Assembly (NCBI GenBank): GCA_965200615.1 | Contig: OZ241377.1 | Span: 379,754-443,753 of the forward strand | Reading direction: 5' to 3' | Length of the DNA: 64,000 bases | From: Caldilineaceae bacterium | GTDB taxonomy: Bacteria; Chloroflexota; Anaerolineae; Caldilineales; Caldilineaceae | Shown: in pieces, positions 61,963 through 64,000 of the stretch | Layout: each line of letters starts with the position of its first letter | Numbering within the stretch: position 1 is the stretch's first letter | The notes under the pieces: generated by a model | Databases searched by the model: none | What the model was told of the DNA's origin: nothing | The model's input: the letters and a program-made list of their open reading frames with translations, nothing else | Made by a program: the position numbers and the translations under genes

Positions 61963-62823
61963 ATGGACTTGAGTCGACTCTGCATCCACACGATTACAAC
62001 CAGGCCCTGGCCGATCGAAACGGCGATCGAGCGCTTCAGCGCGCACGGCGTCGCGGCGATGACGGTCTGGCGGGACGCGCTGGAGGGGCGGGACGTCGCG
62101 GCCGCGGGCAGGCAGATCCGCGATGCGGGGATGGAGGTCGTCTCACTGTGTCGGGGGGGATTTTTCCCGGCGGAGACGGAATCAGCGCGGCAGGAGGCTC
62201 TCGACGACAACCGCCGCGCCATTGATGAGGCCGCGGCCCTGGGCGCGCCGCTGGTCGTTCTCGTCTGCGGGGCTGTGCCCGGTCAGCCCCTGGATGCCGG
62301 CCGCGGCCAGATTCGGGACGGGATCGAAGCTGTGCTGCCGCATGCCGAGGCTGCGGGAGTCAGGCTGGGCGTGGAGCCGCTGCATCCGATGTACGCGGAC
62401 AGCCGCTCCGCGGTCAATACGATGGGACAGGCCAACGATATCTGCGCCGGCATCGATTCTCCATTGGTCGGGGTGGTTGTGGATGTCTATCACCTGTGGT
62501 GGGATCCAGACCTGGAGCGGGAGATCGGCCGGTGCGGGCAGATGGGCAAGCTGTTCGCCTTCCACGTCTGCGACTGGCGCACGCCCACCGAAGACCTGCT
62601 CCTTGATCGCGGGCTGATGGGCGAGGGCTGCATTGACATCCGCCAGATTCGCGGCTGGGTTGAGGAGGCCGGGTTTGACGGGTATAATGAGGTCGAAATC
62701 TTCTCAAATCGCTACTGGGCGATGGACCAGGAGCAGTTCCTGGAGCGGGTCGTGGAAGCCTACACAGATCATACTTATAGTCACTCAGACTTTTGCGGGC
62801 GCCGGTCAGACAGGGCCGCATAG
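61963..62823 (+). CDS. sugar phosphate isomerase/epimerase (xylose-isomerase-like TIM barrel)
   Basis: LCIHTIT..; GV.LGVEPLHP; FHVCDW; EVEIFS. Confidence 0.7.
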   Translation: MDLSRLCIHTITTRPWPIETAIERFSAHGVAAMTVWRDALEGRDVAAAGRQIRDAGMEVVSLCRGGFFPAETESARQEALDDNRRAIDEAAALGAPLVVLVCGAVPGQPLDAGRGQIRDGIEAVLPHAEAAGVRLGVEPLHPMYADSRSAVNTMGQANDICAGIDSPLVGVVVDVYHLWWDPDLEREIGRCGQMGKLFAFHVCDWRTPTEDLLLDRGLMGEGCIDIRQIRGWVEEAGFDGYNEVEIFSNRYWAMDQEQFLERVVEAYTDHTYSHSDFCGRRSDRAA

Positions 62824-62873
62824 GCCTTCGGTGGTCCTCGGGGGCCGCGCATCAACGGGAGCACTTCCTACCA

Positions 62874-64000
62874 ATGGCTGAAATTGCAGTTGGCGTAATA
62901 CTGAACGGCGTGACCGGGCGGATGGGTACGAATCAACATCTGGTCCGTTCAATTCTGGCGATCCGGGAGCAGGGCGGCACGGCCACTTCCGACGGAGACC
63001 GCATCATGCCGGAGCCGGTGCTGGTCGGCCGCAACCCGGACAAGCTGCGGCATCTGTCCGCTGCCCACAATGTGAGCAAGTGGACGACCAACCTGGACGA
63101 GGCGCTGGCCGACGACCATAACGGCATCTACTTCGATGCGCTGGCGACCAACCTGCGGGTGCCGAATACTTTGCGGGCAATCGAGGCTGGCAAGGCGGTC
63201 TACTGCGAAAAGCCGACCGCGGGCAACATCGAGGATGCGTTGCAGCTGGCGCAAGCGGCGAGCGACGCCGGCGTGAGCAACGGCGTTGTCCAGGACAAGC
63301 TGTTTCTGCCCGGTCTGCTGAAGCTCAAGTACCTGATCGACACCGGCTTCTTCGGCCGCATTCTGGCGGTGCGCGGCGAGTTCGGCTACTGGGTCTTCGA
63401 CGGCAAGGACCAGCCGGCGCAGCGCCCTTCCTGGAACTACAAGAAGTCGGAGAGCGGCGGCATCGTTCTGGATATGTTCGCCCACTGGCGCTACGTGATC
63501 GACAACCTTTTCGGCCCGATCCAGCGGCTTACCTGCATCGCGGCCAACCATGTGCCGGAACGTATCGACGAGGAAGGCGCCTCCTACAACGCTGACGCCG
63601 ATGACGGCGCCTACGCCATGTTCGAGTTGGAGAACGGCATCATCTGCAACTTCAACTCCTCCTGGTGTGTACGCGTGCGCCGCGATGACCTGCTGACGAT
63701 CCATGTGGACGGCACGCGCGGCAGCGCGGTGGCCGGTCTGCGCGAATGCGCGATACAGGGTGACGCCTTCACGCCCAAGCCGGTGTGGAACCCGGACATT
63801 CCGCAACCGGTCCAGTTCTACGATACGTGGCAGTGGATGCCGAACAACAATCCGTTCGAGAACGCTTTCAAGATCGAGTGGGAGATGTTCCTGCGCCATG
63901 CAATCAAGGGCGACCCGTTCCCCTATACGCTGCTGGAAGGGGCCAAAGGCGTGCAGCTGGCCGAGTTGGGTTATCAGGCCTGGCAGGAGCGGCGCTGGGT
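62874..64000 (+). CDS. Gfo/Idh/MocA-family oxidoreductase (3' end beyond window)
   Basis: My own translation from ATG 62874: MAEIAVGVILNGVTGRMGTNQHL...AVYCEKPTAG...VVQDKLFLPG...GEFGYWVFDG..., open to the window end. It is absent from the ORF track because there is no stop. Track ORF 62949-63899(-) is antisense to it. Confidence 0.75.
   Translation, partial: MAEIAVGVILNGVTGRMGTNQHLVRSILAIREQGGTATSDGDRIMPEPVLVGRNPDKLRHLSAAHNVSKWTTNLDEALADDHNGIYFDALATNLRVPNTLRAIEAGKAVYCEKPTAGNIEDALQLAQAASDAGVSNGVVQDKLFLPGLLKLKYLIDTGFFGRILAVRGEFGYWVFDGKDQPAQRPSWNYKKSESGGIVLDMFAHWRYVIDNLFGPIQRLTCIAANHVPERIDEEGASYNADADDGAYAMFELENGIICNFNSSWCVRVRRDDLLTIHVDGTRGSAVAGLRECAIQGDAFTPKPVWNPDIPQPVQFYDTWQWMPNNNPFENAFKIEWEMFLRHAIKGDPFPYTLLEGAKGVQLAELGYQAWQERRW

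Noticed and set aside
62949-63899. 316-aa minus-strand ORF near the window end
   Set aside because: The + strand frame from ATG 62874 encodes a convincing Gfo/Idh/MocA oxidoreductase that runs off the window, so it is missing from the ORF track. The listed ORF is its antisense shadow.

Overview
GC-rich bacterial chromosomal segment. The taxon cannot be fixed from sequence alone; the gene content (F420 ligase, actinobacterial-type xylose isomerase, two GSI genes) would fit a Chloroflexota- or Actinomycetota-like organism. The left ~13 kb holds a canonical-order type III-A CRISPR-Cas locus: cas10-csm2-csm3-csm4-csm5, a DxTHG-family CARF/HEPN effector, a small unknown accessory gene, cas6-cas1-cas2, and a 6-repeat array. 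In this locus cas10 carries a 1-nt frame break inside a conserved motif, its HD motif reads HN, and the two leader-proximal spacers are identical. The rest is housekeeping and sugar or nitrogen metabolism: glycosyltransferases, tsaC, cofE, tRNA-Arg, pepA, a Mo-oxidoreductase, two glnA copies, rnj, ftsK, xylAB, rhaM, MFS transporters, UDG and rqcH. Small accessory insertions are scattered through it. (i) A visibly lower-GC two-gene cassette at 35.2-37.1 kb encodes an ABC/OLD-like ATPase plus a PIN-like protein. This is my best candidate for an uncharacterised defence or abortive-infection-like system. (ii) An 868-bp IS5-family element with a TTA target duplication splits a GH32-like gene, and its own transposase is broken by a 7-bp tandem duplication. 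(iii) A vapBC pair. (iv) A DUF433 gene with a truncated DUF5615-like partner. (v) A lower-GC islet holds a small ORF and a frameshifted SDH/ClpP-fold serine protease. A plant-type LRR gene next to the array has an in-frame TGA at a conserved Trp position. All family names come from motif recognition by eye, with no searches run. Many long antisense ORFs in the track are GC-driven artefacts.
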